Positions 1 through 11,399 of a DNA stretch of 64,000 nt are shown piece after piece. The stretch's first letter is position 1; the number at the start of each line of letters is the position of its first letter. Origin of the DNA: Malacoraja senta (lineage: Eukaryota). The position numbers and the translations under genes are program-made. The stretch spans positions 1,862,001 to 1,926,000 of the forward strand of contig CM075995.1 of NCBI GenBank assembly GCA_038087875.1, written 5' to 3'. Below the pieces are notes generated by a model. It did not search any database. It had not been told where the DNA came from and saw nothing but the letters and a program-made list of their open reading frames with translations.

Positions 1-75
1 TTTCATCACTGATATGTCTCCAGTCGGCTCCAAAATTAAAAAATGCCCTAAGGGGCTTCAAGGGCCCTTCATCAA

Positions 76-450
76 GGGCGGCACGGTGGCGTAGTGGTAG
101 AGTTGCCGCCTTACGGCACCAGAGACCAGGTTTGATCCTTACTACGGGTGCCTCTTCTGTATGGAGTTTGTACGTTCTCCCTGTAACCATGTGGGTTTTC
201 TCCGAGTGCTCTGGTTTCTTCCTATACTCCAAAGACAAACAGGTTTGTAGGTTAATTCCCTTGGGTTTGTTTATTTCCAATTTCCCTCCGGGGATGAAGA
301 AAGCTTTATTGTATCGTATTATATCGTATACTTGGTATGTGTAAATTACCCCTAGTGTGTGGAGGATTGTGTTAATTTGCAGGGATCGCTGGTCGCCGCG
401 GACCTGGTGGGCCGAAGGGCCTGTTTCCGCGCGGTATCTCTAAACTAAAC
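76..450 (+). mobile_element. HE1-like tRNA-derived V-SINE, with a short LINE 3' tail inserted at ~258-330
   Basis: tRNA-like head GGCACGGTGGCGTAGTGGTAG...GGTTTGATCC, V-domain GAGTTTGTACGTTCTCCCTGT, 3' end GGGCCGAAGGGCCTGTTTCC and (AAACT)n tail. Confidence 0.85.
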
Positions 451-455
451 TGTGT

Positions 456-652
456 ACGAAAGAACTGCAGATGCTGGTTTAAACCAAAGATAGACGCAAA
501 ATGCTGGAGTAACTCAGCGGGTCAGGCAGCATGTCTGGAGAGAAGGAATAGGTGAAGACCTGAACAAGGGTCTCGACCCGAAAGTTCACCTATTCCTTTT
601 CTCCAGTGGTGCCGTCTGACCCACTGAGTTACTCCAGCCTCTTTATGTCTAT
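456..652. mobile_element. Palindromic Penelope-derived mini-element (degraded)
   Basis: GAACTGCAGATGCTGG...GAGTAACTCAGCGGG arm and inverted CTGAGTTACTCCAGC arm around CTGAACAAGGGTCTCGACCCGAAA. Confidence 0.7.
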
Positions 653-656
653 ACTA

Positions 657-738
657 TCAATAGCATCTGATTGATCAATAGCATCTGATTGCTCAATAGC
701 ATCTGATTGATCAATAGCATCTGATTGATCAATAGCAT
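657..738. repeat. 18-bp tandem repeat (TCAATAGCATCTGATTGA), ~4.5 copies
   Basis: Directly visible; produces the LLINQM repeats in ORF 649..1053. Confidence 0.9.
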
Positions 739-791
739 GCAAAGCAAAGCCTCGGTACATGTGACATAAACAAAAACAATTGTAAGCCTAA

Positions 792-1489
792 AGGGCCTGT
801 CCCACTTACGTGTCCTTGGCACGCAAATTACGCGACCTCGTGGTCGCGTTGAGCCGCGGTGGTCCCGCGAAGGTCGGGCGCGATTACATGCGTACGCACA
901 GCCGTCTGGAGCGCGTGACGTTATTTGAAGATGGACACAAAGCTGGAGTAACTCAGCCGGACCGGCAGCATCTCTGGAGAGAAGCAATGGGTGACGTTTC
1001 GGGTCGAGACTCTTCTTCAGTCTGAAAAGAAGGGTCTTGACCCGAAACGTCACCCAGTGCTTCTCTCCAGAGATGCTGCCGGTCCCGCTGAGTTACTCCA
1101 GCATTTTGTGTCTATCTTCAATTTTCTTGGCCCCGCTCTGGGAGTAGGAGTGGGGGCGGATCCGGACCCGCAAACGGCCATGAGCCCCAGGCCGAGTTCG
1201 GCGATCGTTTGCCTGCTTCTGCTGCTGTTGAAGGTGAGACGTTGCGTCGCGTCAGGGTCTTGGGCCTGTCCCACTTTGGCCGTCAGTTCCGCGACAGGCC
1301 GTTGGCGCGCGAAGATTTCGTTCGCTACAAAAAATTTCGGAGCCCCGCGCGATGTCGCGCACAACTCCATACCCCTCCGCGCTTCTCAGTGGGACCGGCC
1401 CCGCGCGGCCATACGATGCCCGTGCGCCTCGACGCGACCTCGAGGTCGCGTAATTTACGTGCCAAGGACACGTAAGTGGGACAGGCCCT
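792..1489. mobile_element. PIF/Harbinger-like MITE 1, hosting a palindromic Penelope mini-element at ~927-1120
   Basis: ~60-bp TIRs starting AGGGCCTGTCCCACTTACGTGTCCTTGGCACG; flanks TAA/TTA (imperfect TSD). Confidence 0.75.
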
Positions 1490-1585
1490 TTAATCCTGAA
1501 CCTAAAGAGACATTGGAAGATGCGTCATCGATGAGGTCGAGAGCTGTGGAAAGACTGAAGAAAGAATGTGCAGCAGACTCCAGAA

Positions 1586-1745
1586 GATAGACTCAGCGGG
1601 ACAGGCAGCATCTCTGGACAGAAGGAATGGGTGACGATTCGGGTCAAGACCCTTCCCTCAGACTGGCTTCCAGCTGCTGAGTTACTCCAGCATTTTGGGC
1701 CTACCTTCAGTGTGAACCAGCATCTGCAGCCCCTTCCTACACACT
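1586..1745. mobile_element. Palindromic Penelope-derived mini-element fragment
   Basis: GACTCAGCGGGACAGGCAGCATCTCTGG arm plus GCTGAGTTACTCCAGCATTTT...CAGCATCTGCAG end. Confidence 0.6.
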
Positions 1746-2139
1746 GCCCATGCCACAAACCCCAATGTAGAATATGTCACTTGTGAGAAGATTGATGGGG
1801 TTGCCAGGGATGTAATATGCGTGCCCCTGTGGTTTACCGAGCTACAGTCAAGTATCACACAGAGCGTTCAAATAAATATGCAGGGAACATTAAATAGAGT
1901 CTGCTTTGTTTCAGTCTTCTCAGTCGCACATTATTACATCCAGATGATCAAATATGTCAAACACAGGCATCACGCTAATTTACTCCCGCCTCATGTAAAA
2001 GAAAGGAATGAGTGAAACTATGAAAACAAGAAATTTACTAATTTAACCAATTAATTCTGGTTGGAACCCTATTTAATCTGTGCAGCTCCACTGAAGTTAT
2101 TTACAATGCTAGACTCATTACAATTAAAAGTTCTTGGCT

Positions 2140-2660
2140 TAGTTTAGATTAGTTTGGAGTCACAGTGAAGAAAACAGGCCCTTCGGCCCACTGAATCTGT
2201 GCTGACCATCGATCACCCGTACACTAGTTTAGTTTAGGTTTTGGTTAGAGATACAGCAGTGAAACAGGCCCTTCGGCCCACCGAGTCCACGCTGACCATC
2301 AATCACCTGTACCCTAGTCCAATTCCGCGCCGACCGGCGATCCCCGCACATTAACACCACCCTACACACACTAGGGACAATTTTACATTTACACCAAACC
2401 CTGTACGTCTTTGGAGTGTGGGAGGAATCCGAAGATCTCGGAGAAAACCCACGCAACATCACGGGGGGAACGCACAAACTCCATACGGGCAGCACCCCGT
2501 AATCAGGAGCGAACCTGGGGTCTCTGGCGCTGTAAGGCAGCAACTCTACTGCTGCTTCATCATGCTGCCCTTTAGTTTAGAGATACAGTGTGGAAACAGG
2601 CCCTTCAGCCCACTGAGTCTACTCTGACCATCCACCGATCACCTGTACATTAGTCCTATT
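2140..2660 (-). mobile_element. Cluster of HE1-like SINEs (one near full-length at ~2226-2570 plus 3' pieces)
   Basis: Repeated (TTTAG)n tails with AAACAGGCCCTTCGGCCC; head GGCGCTGTAAGGCAGCAACTCTAC. Confidence 0.8.
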
Positions 2661-2741
2661 CTATGATGATATGTGGATTCAGGTGAGATTTCACGATACA
2701 GGATACATGGGAAAATAAGATTAAGGTGAAATTGTGGAGGT

Positions 2742-3490
2742 ATAGAAACATAGAAACATAGAAGGTGCAGGAGGAGGCCATTCGGCCCTTCGAGCCAGCA
2801 CCGCCATTCATTGTGATCATGGTTGATCGTCCCCAATCAATAACCCGTGCCTGCCTTCTCCCCATATCCCTTGATTCCACCAGCCCCGAGAGCTCTATCT
2901 AACTCTCTCTTAAGTCCATCCAGTGATTTGGCCTCCACTGCCCTCTGTGGCAGGGAATTCCACAAATTTACAACTCTCTGGGTGAAAAAGATTTTTCTCA
3001 CCTCAGTCTTAAATGGCCTCCCCTTTATTCTAAGACTGTGGCCCCTGGTTCTGGACTCGCCCAACATTGGGAACATTTTTCCTGCATCTAGCTTGTCCAG
3101 TCCTTTTATAATGTTATATGTTCTATAAGATTCCCCCTCATCCTTCTAAACTCCAGTGAATACAAACCTAGTCTTTTCAATCTTTCCTCATATGACAGTC
3201 CCGCCATCCCAGGGATCAATCTCGTGAACCTACGCTGCACTGCCTCAATCACAAGGATGTCCTTCCTCAAATTAGGAGACCAAAACTGTACACAATACTC
3301 CAGATGTGGTCTCACCAGAGCCCTGTACAACTGCAGAACCTCTTTACTCCGATACTGAAATCCTCTTGTTGTTACATTAGCTTTCTTCACTGCCTGCTGT
3401 ACCTGCACGCCAACTTTCAATGACCGGTGTACAAGGACACCCAGGTCTCGCTGTACCTCCCCCTTACCTAACCTAACCCCATTGAGATAT
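2742..3490 (-). mobile_element. CR1 LINE 3' fragment (ORF2 C-terminus)
   Basis: ORFs with RPHLEYCVQFWSP, QRRFTRLIPG, TRGHSLRI, NLWNSLP; (TTTCTATG)n tail. Confidence 0.9.
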
Positions 3491-3553
3491 ATAGTTTCAT
3501 GAATTATAACATAAGAGAGGGTGGGACATTCAGAGTTTCTTGTTGAATACTAA

Positions 3554-4100
3554 AGGGCCTGTCCCACGAGCATGTGACTGCATGCGGCTAGCGCGACCAA
3601 ACGTGGTCGCTTGAGCTGTACGGCCTCGCGGGGCCGGTCCCACTTCGATCGCCGGAGCCGTATGGAGTTGTGTGGAGCTGGTCCCAACACCACGAGGGGG
3701 TCCGAAAAACTGACACTGTCCAAAAATTCCGCGCGGGTGTACGCTCCACCTCGACGGGCGTACGCACCACCTCGACGGGCGTACGCACCACCTTGACGCC
3801 GTATGCAGCGTCTTGACGGGAAACGCAGCGTCTTGACGGCGTACGCCTAGCGCGTGGCGTTGCGCGATGACGTCACCGCCCGGCGTGCCGTTGCTCGATG
3901 AGGTCACCGCCCGACGCCGTGCGACCTCCAAATTCAGTCGGCCCGCCTCCTGCCCAGCTGATTGGTGAGTATGATGTCGGGACCAGCTCCATACGGCTCC
4001 GCGGATGGAAGTGGGACCGGCCCCGCGAGGCCGTACGCCTCAAGCCACCACGTTTGGTCGCGCTAGACGCATGCAGTCGCATGCTGGTGGGACAGGCCCT
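3554..4100. mobile_element. PIF/Harbinger-like MITE 2
   Basis: >100-bp imperfect TIRs beginning AGGGCCTGTCCCAC; TAA TSD at 3551-3553 and 4101-4103; internal 21-bp repeats at ~3738-3850. Confidence 0.85.
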
Positions 4101-4177
4101 TAAGATTGTAGGTGTGAATATACTTGTGGTGAGTTCTACTATTGTCACAGAAGACTTGATACAAAGCATGACTGAAG

Positions 4178-4350
4178 AGGCAGCACAGTGGCGCAGCGAT
4201 AGAGTTACAGCGCCAGATATCTGGGTTCGATCCTGAATACGGGTGCTGTCTGTAAGGAGTTTGTACATTCTCCCTGTGACCGCGTGGGTTTTCTCTGGGT
4301 GTTCCGGTTTCCTCCCACATTCCAAAGACGTACAGGTGTGTAGATCAATT
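4178..4350 (+). mobile_element. HE1-like SINE, 5' half
   Basis: GGCAGCACAGTGGCGCAGCG head and V-domain. Confidence 0.75.
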
Positions 4351-4359
4351 GTAACCACA

Positions 4360-5175
4360 TTAGGTTATAAGTGATAGGAGCAGAATTAGGCCATTCGGCC
4401 CATCAAGTCTACTCCGCCGTTCAATCATGGCTGATCTATCTCTTTCCTCCTAACCCCATTCTCCTGCCTTCTCCCCATAACCCCTGACACCCGTACTAAT
4501 CAAGAATCTGTAGGAAAAGACTGCAAATGCTGGTTTAAATCGAAGGTAGACACAAAATGCTGGAGTAACTCAGCAGGACAGGCAGCGTGTCTGGAGAGAA
4601 GGAACGGGTGACGTTTTGAGTCGAGACCTGAAGAAGGGTCTCGACCCGAAACGTCACCCATTCCTTCTCTCCAGAGATGCTGCCTGTCCCGCTGAGTCAC
4701 TCCAGCATTTTGTGTCTATCTTCTAATCAAGAATCTATCTACCTCTGCCTTAAAAATATCCATCGACTTGGCCTCCACAGCCTTCTGTGGCAAAGAATTC
4801 CACAGATTCACCACCGTCTAACTAAATAAAATCCTCCATATCTCCTTCCTCAAGGAATGTCTTTTAATTATGAGGCTATAACCTCTAGTCCTAGACTCTC
4901 CCACTGGTGGAAACACCCTCCCCACATCCACTCTATCCAAGCCTTTCACTATTCGGTACGTTTCAACGAGGTCATCATATGTTAACCCACTCATTCCTGG
5001 GATCATTCTCGTAAACCTCCTCTGGACCCTCTCCAGAGCCAGCACCTCCTTCCTCAGATATGGGGCCCAAAACTGCTCACAATACTCCAAATGCAGTCTG
5101 ACCAGTGCCGTATAGAATCTCAGCATTACATCCCTGCTTTTGTATTCTAGCCCCCTCGAAATAAGTACCAGCCTT
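4360..5175 (-). mobile_element. CR1 LINE 3' fragment interrupted by a mini-element
   Basis: ORF 4818..5216 (LEYCEQFWAPYLRK, QRRFTRMIPG). Confidence 0.85.
4510..4722. mobile_element. Palindromic Penelope-derived mini-element with TSD
   Basis: 14-bp TSD CTAATCAAGAATCT at 4496-4509 and 4723-4736; inverted arms around CTGAAGAAGGGTCTCGACCCGAAACGTC. Confidence 0.85.
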
Positions 5176-5209
5176 TTTTCCTTTTTCTCCAGAGATCCTG
5201 CCTGACCAT

Positions 5210-6405
5210 CAAACAAGGTTCCACAGGGTAAGCTGCTCTGGAAGGTTAGATTGCGTGGGATCCAAGGAGAGATAGCTGAATGGATAGAAAATTGGCTTCA
5301 TGGAAGGAAGCAAGGGTGATGGTGGAAGGTTGCTTCTAGGAGGCCTGTGACTAGTGGTGTGCCTCAGGGTTCAGTGCTGGGGCCTTTACTGTTTGTCATC
5401 TACATCAATGATTTGGATGAGAACATACATGGCAAGATTAGGTCATAAGGAATAGGAGTAGAAATTAGGTTATTCGGCCCATCAAGTCTACTCCGCCATT
5501 CAATCATGGCTGATCTATCTCTCCGTCCGAGCCCCATTCTCCTGACTTCTCCCCGTAACCTCTGACACCCGTACTAATCAAGAATCTATCTATCTCTGCC
5601 ATCAAAATATCCACTGACTAGGCCTCTACATCCTTTTGTGGCAAAGAATTCCACAGATTCACCACCCTCTGACTAAAGATGAGCAAGTTTGCAGATGATA
5701 CAAAAGTGGGTGTATTGCTGATAGTGAAGATGGTTGCGAAAAATTGCAGCAGGATCTTGATCGATTGGCCAGGTGGGCTGAGGAATGGTTGATGGAATGG
5801 AATGCAGACAAATGTGAGGTGTTGCATTTTGGGAGTTCTAACATGGGTAGGACCTACACAGTGAATGGGAGGGCTCTGGGGAGTGTTATAGAGCAGAGGG
5901 ATCTAGAGGTGCAGGTGCATGGTTCCTTGAAGGTCGAGTCGCAGGTGGATAAGGTGGTCAAAAAGGCATTTGGCACATTGGCCCTCATCACCTAGAGTAT
6001 TGAGTATAGAAGTTGGGAGGTCATGTTGCAGTTGCATAAGACGCATCTTACAAAGGTGTGTAAGATCAGGAGAGGAATAGATCGGGTAGATGCACAGAGT
6101 CTCTTGCCCAGAGTAGGGGAATCGAGAACCATAGGTTTAATGTGAAGGGGAAAAGATTTACTAGGAATCTGAGGGATACGTTTTTCACACAAAGGGTGGT
6201 GGATGTATGGAATCAGAGGAGGTCGTTGAGGCTGGGACTATCCCATCGTTTAAGAAACAGTTAGACAGGCACATGGTTAGGACAGGTTTAGAGGGATATG
6301 GGCCAAATGCAGGAAGGTGGGACTAGTGTAGCTGGGACGTGTTGGCCAGCGTGGGCAAGTTGGGCTGAAGGGCCTGTTTCCACGCTGTATCACTCTATGA
6401 CTCTA
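5210..6405 (+). mobile_element. CR1-clade LINE (HER1-like, shares SINE 3' end) RT/3' fragment, interrupted by an antisense CR1 tail at ~5440-5678
   Basis: GVPQGSVLG and KFADD coding sequence; ORF QQDLDRLARWAEEWLMEWNADKC; 3' end GGGCTGAAGGGCCTGTTTCC. Confidence 0.85.
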
Positions 6406-7462
6406 TCTGTTCCCTGACCAGCATTCACTCCTTAACTGAAACCAGATCAAGTTAAACTGTGCATAAATCAGCTGCTATTTTCGCCCATGTAAGGATGATG
6501 TTTCAATTGCAAAAATAAAAATTAAATGGGGTGTGAAGGTGCTTTGAGCTATTCTTAAGATAAAAAATGATATCAATGCAATTTCTTACAACCATTTTAA
6601 CTGCCCTTCAAAATCCCACACTGATCTTTTGGTCTTGAGCCTCCTCCACTGTCAGAGTGCGGCCACATGCAAACTGGAGGAACAGCACCTCATATTCTGC
6701 TTGGGTAGCTTACAAGCTAAAGGTATGAACACTGAATTCTACATATTGTTGTAAAGCTAAGCCTCTCCTACCCGAAAATACAAGGTCATTAAAAACCTAA
6801 CCTCTGCAACCATCTGTGGCTGATCTACCTCTCCCATTCTCCTGCCTTCTCCTCCCCATAACCTCTGACCCCTGTACTATCCATCTCTGCCTATGGGGAG
6901 AGGGCAGGAGACCAGGGTTAGGAGGGAGAGATAGATCAGCCATGATTGAATGGCGGAGTAGACTTGATGGGCCGAACGCCCTAATTCTGCTCCTATCACT
7001 TACGACGTTATGTCCTTAATGAGGCAGCGTTGGAGTGTAATTGGCACTGTCGCTGAAGGCCACAGTGCACTTTCACTCTCAGAACCTTGGCTCAATTCCA
7101 GCAGAGACAAGTAACACAGAACTCTTCTCCCTTGCACAGATGTAGGGGGTTGTTATATGCGTCTGTGGGACCACAGCGGCAGGTTTTGATGATGTGATTA
7201 CACCGTGTAAAATTGCTCATAATTTGTAAATAATGGACAATAAACTAAACCTGATTCACACAAGCCCCATGGCTAATGGGCATATAAAGTGGAACTGTAG
7301 TTCTTCTTAGATTAGGGTTCTCAAATCTTCCAAAAAAAAAGCTTATGATAATATACTCACAGGAGGGATCGACATAATGCCAAGGCTTCTGGAAGTTGAT
7401 TTGACTGGGTTGGACAGATAGAAGTGGAAGATAAATGGACTATTGTGATCAGAGGATCATAC

Positions 7463-8080
7463 GGTCATAGGTGATAGGAGCAGAATTAGGCCATTCGGCC
7501 CATCAAGTCTATTCCGCCATTCAATCAGGGCTGATCCATCTCTCCCTCCAAACCCCATTCTCCTGCCTTCTCCCCATAACCTCTGACACCCGTACTAATC
7601 AAGAATCTATCTCATTGAAACATATAAGATTGTTAAGGGCTTGGACACGCTAGAGGCAGGAAACATGTTCCCTATGTTGGGGGAGTCCAGAACCAGGGGC
7701 CACAGTTTAAGAATAAGGAGTAAGCCATTTAGAACGGAGACGAGGAAACATTTTTTCTCACAGAGAGTGGTGAGTCTGTGGAATTCTCTGCCTCAGAGGG
7801 TGGTGGAGGCAGGTTCTCTGGATGCTTTCAAGAGAGAGGTAGATAGGGCTCTTAAAAATAGCGGAGTCAGGGGATATGGGAAGAAGGCAGGAACGGGGTA
7901 CTGATTGGGGATGATCAGCCATGATCACATTGAATGGCGGTGCTGGCTCGAAGGGCCAAATGGCCTGCTCCTGCACCTATTGTCTATTGTCTATTGTCTA
8001 TATCTCTGCCTTAAATATATCCACTGACTTGGCCTCCATACCCTTCTGCAGAAAATAATTCCACAGATTCATCACCCTGA
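7463..8080. mobile_element. Plus-strand CR1 3' fragment (~7612-8000) nested in a minus-strand CR1 tail
   Basis: ORF 7641..7904 CR1 C-terminus; (CTATTGT)n tail; host resumes at ATCTCTGCCTTAAA. Confidence 0.8.
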
Positions 8081-8344
8081 GATACAAGACAAATCATACC
8101 ATAGGGATCTGGTAGGGCGTGTTCACCTGTGGTATTCCCTAGAAATGCAATGGTTCAATGGTTCAGTGGTTGTTTGTTGTCACATGTGCACTCCACAATA
8201 AAATTCTTGCTCAGGTCGTCATATGTGCCGAATTTACAAAAGAAAAAGTCCAAAGACCACAGTGCTGGATGTACTGGAGCGCCCCCCGATCCAGGTGAGT
8301 CCCAGGTTGCTGCAGGGCCTCATAAGGTCATAAGTGATAGGAGT

Positions 8345-9490
8345 AGATAATAGACAATAGTTGCAGGAGAAGGCCATTCGGCCCTTCGAGCCAGCCATCC
8401 ACAATCAGTACCCCGTTCCTGCCTTCTCCTCATATCCCCTGACTCCACTACCTTTAAGAGCTCTACCTAACTCTCTCTTGAAAGCATCCAGCCTCCACTG
8501 CCTTCTGAGGCAGAGAATTGCACAAATTCACAACCCTCTCTGTGAAAAAGTTTTTCCTCAACTCCATTCTAAATGGCTTACCCCTTATTCTTAAACTGTG
8601 GCCCCTGGTTCTGAACTCCCCCAACACCGGGGACATGTTTCCTGCCTCTAGCGTGTCCAAACCCTTAATCTATATTACTAAAAGTCTGATCCTGACCACT
8701 TCCTGTTGTTCTGTACATTGATTTTAGAAAAAACGCTGCCACTTACGGCTGTGATTTTTAGCCATCTTACTCAGAGTCCCCCTCCGCTGCGCAGGACAAG
8801 AGAATTTTTCCCATCGATGAAAAATAAAAGAGTTATTAGTGTTTAAAAAATATTGAGATTCTCTCTCCTGTCAATCAGGCCATGAAGGGCACGCCTATTC
8901 TGGTGGAAGGGGGAGGGACTATAAAACCCAGACGTGTGAGCAAGGCTCAGTCTCTGCAAGATGGGGGAGGGAGAGGTCACGACTCACTGTCTTTAGTGGC
9001 CTTGCACCCTGCTTGAAATGGTATGAAACTGCACTTGAATTTGGTGGCCTTGCACCCTGCTTGAAATGGAATTTCAAGGAATAGCCGTGAGTCAACTGCC
9101 AGCCCACCAGCCGTGAGTGAGTGAGCTGCCAGCACAACAAGCTTGAGTGACTGAGCCGCCAGCCCAAGAATCCATTTGACCCACAATGTCCATACTAGCC
9201 CTCTGGAAACCAGTCCCTTCAGCCCACAACACAAATACTAGCGATCCAGAAAGCCCCCCCCCCCTCACTGGCCACCAATATTGAAATTGGTGGAGAGGTG
9301 GAATATTGCGTTGGGGGACCAGCCCTCCCGTGTGATGCTGGGACCCAACGGGTCCCACTTAGTCTAGTAATCTTATATGCTTCAATAAGATCCCTTCTCA
9401 TCCTTCTAAATTCCAGAGTATACAAGCCCAGCCGCTCCATTCTATCAACATATGACAATCCAGCCATCCAGAATTAACCTCGTGAATTTA
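8345..9490 (-). mobile_element. CR1 3' fragment split by a Helitron
   Basis: Host AAACCCTTAA|TAATCTTATATG is continuous across 8669-9367. Confidence 0.85.
8669..9367 (+). mobile_element. Non-autonomous Helitron (699 bp)
   Basis: 5' TC, 3' CTAG, subterminal hairpin GGGACCC-AAC-GGGTCCC (9340-9356), inserted between A and T with no TSD. Confidence 0.85.
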
Positions 9491-9990
9491 GGCCATTTGG
9501 CCCATCAAGCCTAATCCACATTTCAATCATGGCTGATCTATCTACCCCTCCAAACCCCATTCTCCTGCCTTCTCCCAATAACCTCTGACACCCGTACTAA
9601 TCAACAATCTATCTAACTTTGCCTTAAACATATTCACTGACTTGGCCTCAGCAGCCTTCTGTGGCAAAGAATTCTACAGATTCACCACCCTCTGACTAAA
9701 GAAATTTCTCCTCGTCTCCTTCCTAAAAGAACGTCCTTTAATTCTGAGGCTATGACGTCTAGTCCTAGACTCTTCCATTAGTGGAAACATCCTCTCCACA
9801 TCCACTCTATCCAAACCTTTCACTATTCTGTATGTTTCAATGGGGTCCCCACTCATTCTTCTAAACTCCAGCGAGTACAGGCCCAGTGCCGACAAACGCT
9901 CATCATAGGTTAACCCACTCGTTCCTGGGATCATACTTGTAAACCTCCTCTGGACCCTCTCCTGGGGCAGCACCTCCTTCCTCACATATG
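9490..9990 (-). mobile_element. CR1 3' fragment
   Basis: C-terminal part of ORF 9674..10135 (QRRFTSMIPG...QRVVNL). Confidence 0.85.
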
Positions 9991-10379
9991 GTGCTGCCTC
10001 CGTCGGCCCTTGATCGGCTCGGCCCATGGACTGACGTCCCCCCTTCCTCGCCCGACCTCCTCTGTGTCTCGTGGGGGTGGGTGGGGGGGGGAGGAGAGAG
10101 CCTCCTACAGCCGACCTTGAAGGCGCTGGAGGCAATAGCCCTGGTCCCTCTCATAGCGGCCCACTCCTCACGTCCGTCGTCTCCAGCGGCTACGAGCGGA
10201 ACTTGGCAGAATTCACCGTGGCGGTGAACCCGGCCTGCTGTTGCACATGGGCGCTTGCACAAGATGGATCTTCTTGCAAAGCTTAACCTGAAGCTTCAGT
10301 GCTTAAGCTGACACTGGACTCCATAGAGTCGTAGAGTCTCAGAGTGATACAGTGTGGAAACAGGCCCTTCGGCCCAACT

Positions 10380-10612
10380 GGACTGGACAAGCTAGATGCA
10401 GGAAAAATGTTCCCAATGTTGGGCGAGTCCAGAGCCAGGGGCCACAGTCTTTGAATAAAGGGGAGGCCATTTAAGACTGAGGTGAGAATTTTTTTTTTCA
10501 CCCAGAGAGTTGTGAATTTGTGGAATTCCCTGCCACAGAGGGCAGTGGAGGCCAAAACACTGGATGGATTTAAGAGAGAGTTAGATAGAGCTCTAGGGGC
10601 TGGTGGAATCAA
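10380..10612 (+). mobile_element. CR1 3' fragment running into a gap
   Basis: FFTQRVVNLWNSLPQRAVEA. Confidence 0.85.
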
Positions 10613-10812
10613 NNNNNNNNNNNNNNNNNNNNNNNNNNNNNNNNNNNNNNNNNNNNNNNNNNNNNNNNNNNNNNNNNNNNNNNNNNNNNNNNNNNNNNNN
10701 NNNNNNNNNNNNNNNNNNNNNNNNNNNNNNNNNNNNNNNNNNNNNNNNNNNNNNNNNNNNNNNNNNNNNNNNNNNNNNNNNNNNNNNNNNNNNNNNNNNN
10801 NNNNNNNNNNNN
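10613..10812. other. Assembly gap (200 N)
   Basis: Run of N. Confidence 1.
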
Positions 10813-10904
10813 GAGGAGGCACAGGACAGAAAGGTCGGATTCGGAATGGGAGGGGGAGTTGAAGCGCTGAGCCACTGGGAGATCAGGTTGGCTGTTGCGA
10901 ACCA

Positions 10905-11295
10905 TGAAGTTATAATATGACTCGTATATCTTCACAAGATCGTCAAGGCTGACTACCCTTCATGAGATGATCAACCAGGTCATCGACCTCCACGTTGACT
11001 TGTACGTCAAAGGGAAAACAATAAGATCCAGAAGAAGCCACAATAAGCAATTTGACGTTCAACAACACACATCTACTCCCTACATCCAGTTATTTTTCCC
11101 TGAAGCAATTTCCCTCTGGAAAGCCATCCCACAATCCTCGGTTGACATGCCCACCTACGCAAACCTTCAAGACCTCCATCCAGGCCCGCAGACCGCACAG
11201 CCCCCGCCGGACCAGACCCACTCTCCTCAACTTCCAGTATAGTCCCTGGTGGACTCTCCGGGAGTGATGGCCACAAGGTACAAGGTAGAAGGTAC
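10905..11295 (+). mobile_element. Crack/Daphne/L2-group LINE 3' end
   Basis: RSRRSHNKQF...YIQLFFPEAISLWKAIP C-terminal motif; (CAAGGTA)n tail. Confidence 0.55.
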
Positions 11296-11399
11296 TGTAT
11301 TTGTGGAAATTCCTCATCGACAACAATCTGTTAGGTTCCACTTTCCCTGAAAGCAGTGATGGTAGAAACCCTGTCTAACGTTGAGCACGGCAGATGGAG

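Noticed and set aside
76..150. tRNA genes at SINE heads
   Set aside because: A/B-box-like heads run directly into V-SINE bodies; no complete cloverleaf
789..1492. Tc1/mariner (TA TSD) assignment for MITE 1
   Set aside because: TA fits this copy alone, but four sister elements show 3-bp TNA duplications
649..1590. GC-rich ORFs over MITE 1 (and similar ones at 3530-4358, 21166-21891, 56281-56862)
   Set aside because: Stop-poor palindromic TE sequence with no recognisable domain
10283..10935. ORFs spanning the N run (also 58786..59226)
   Set aside because: Artefacts of assembly gaps
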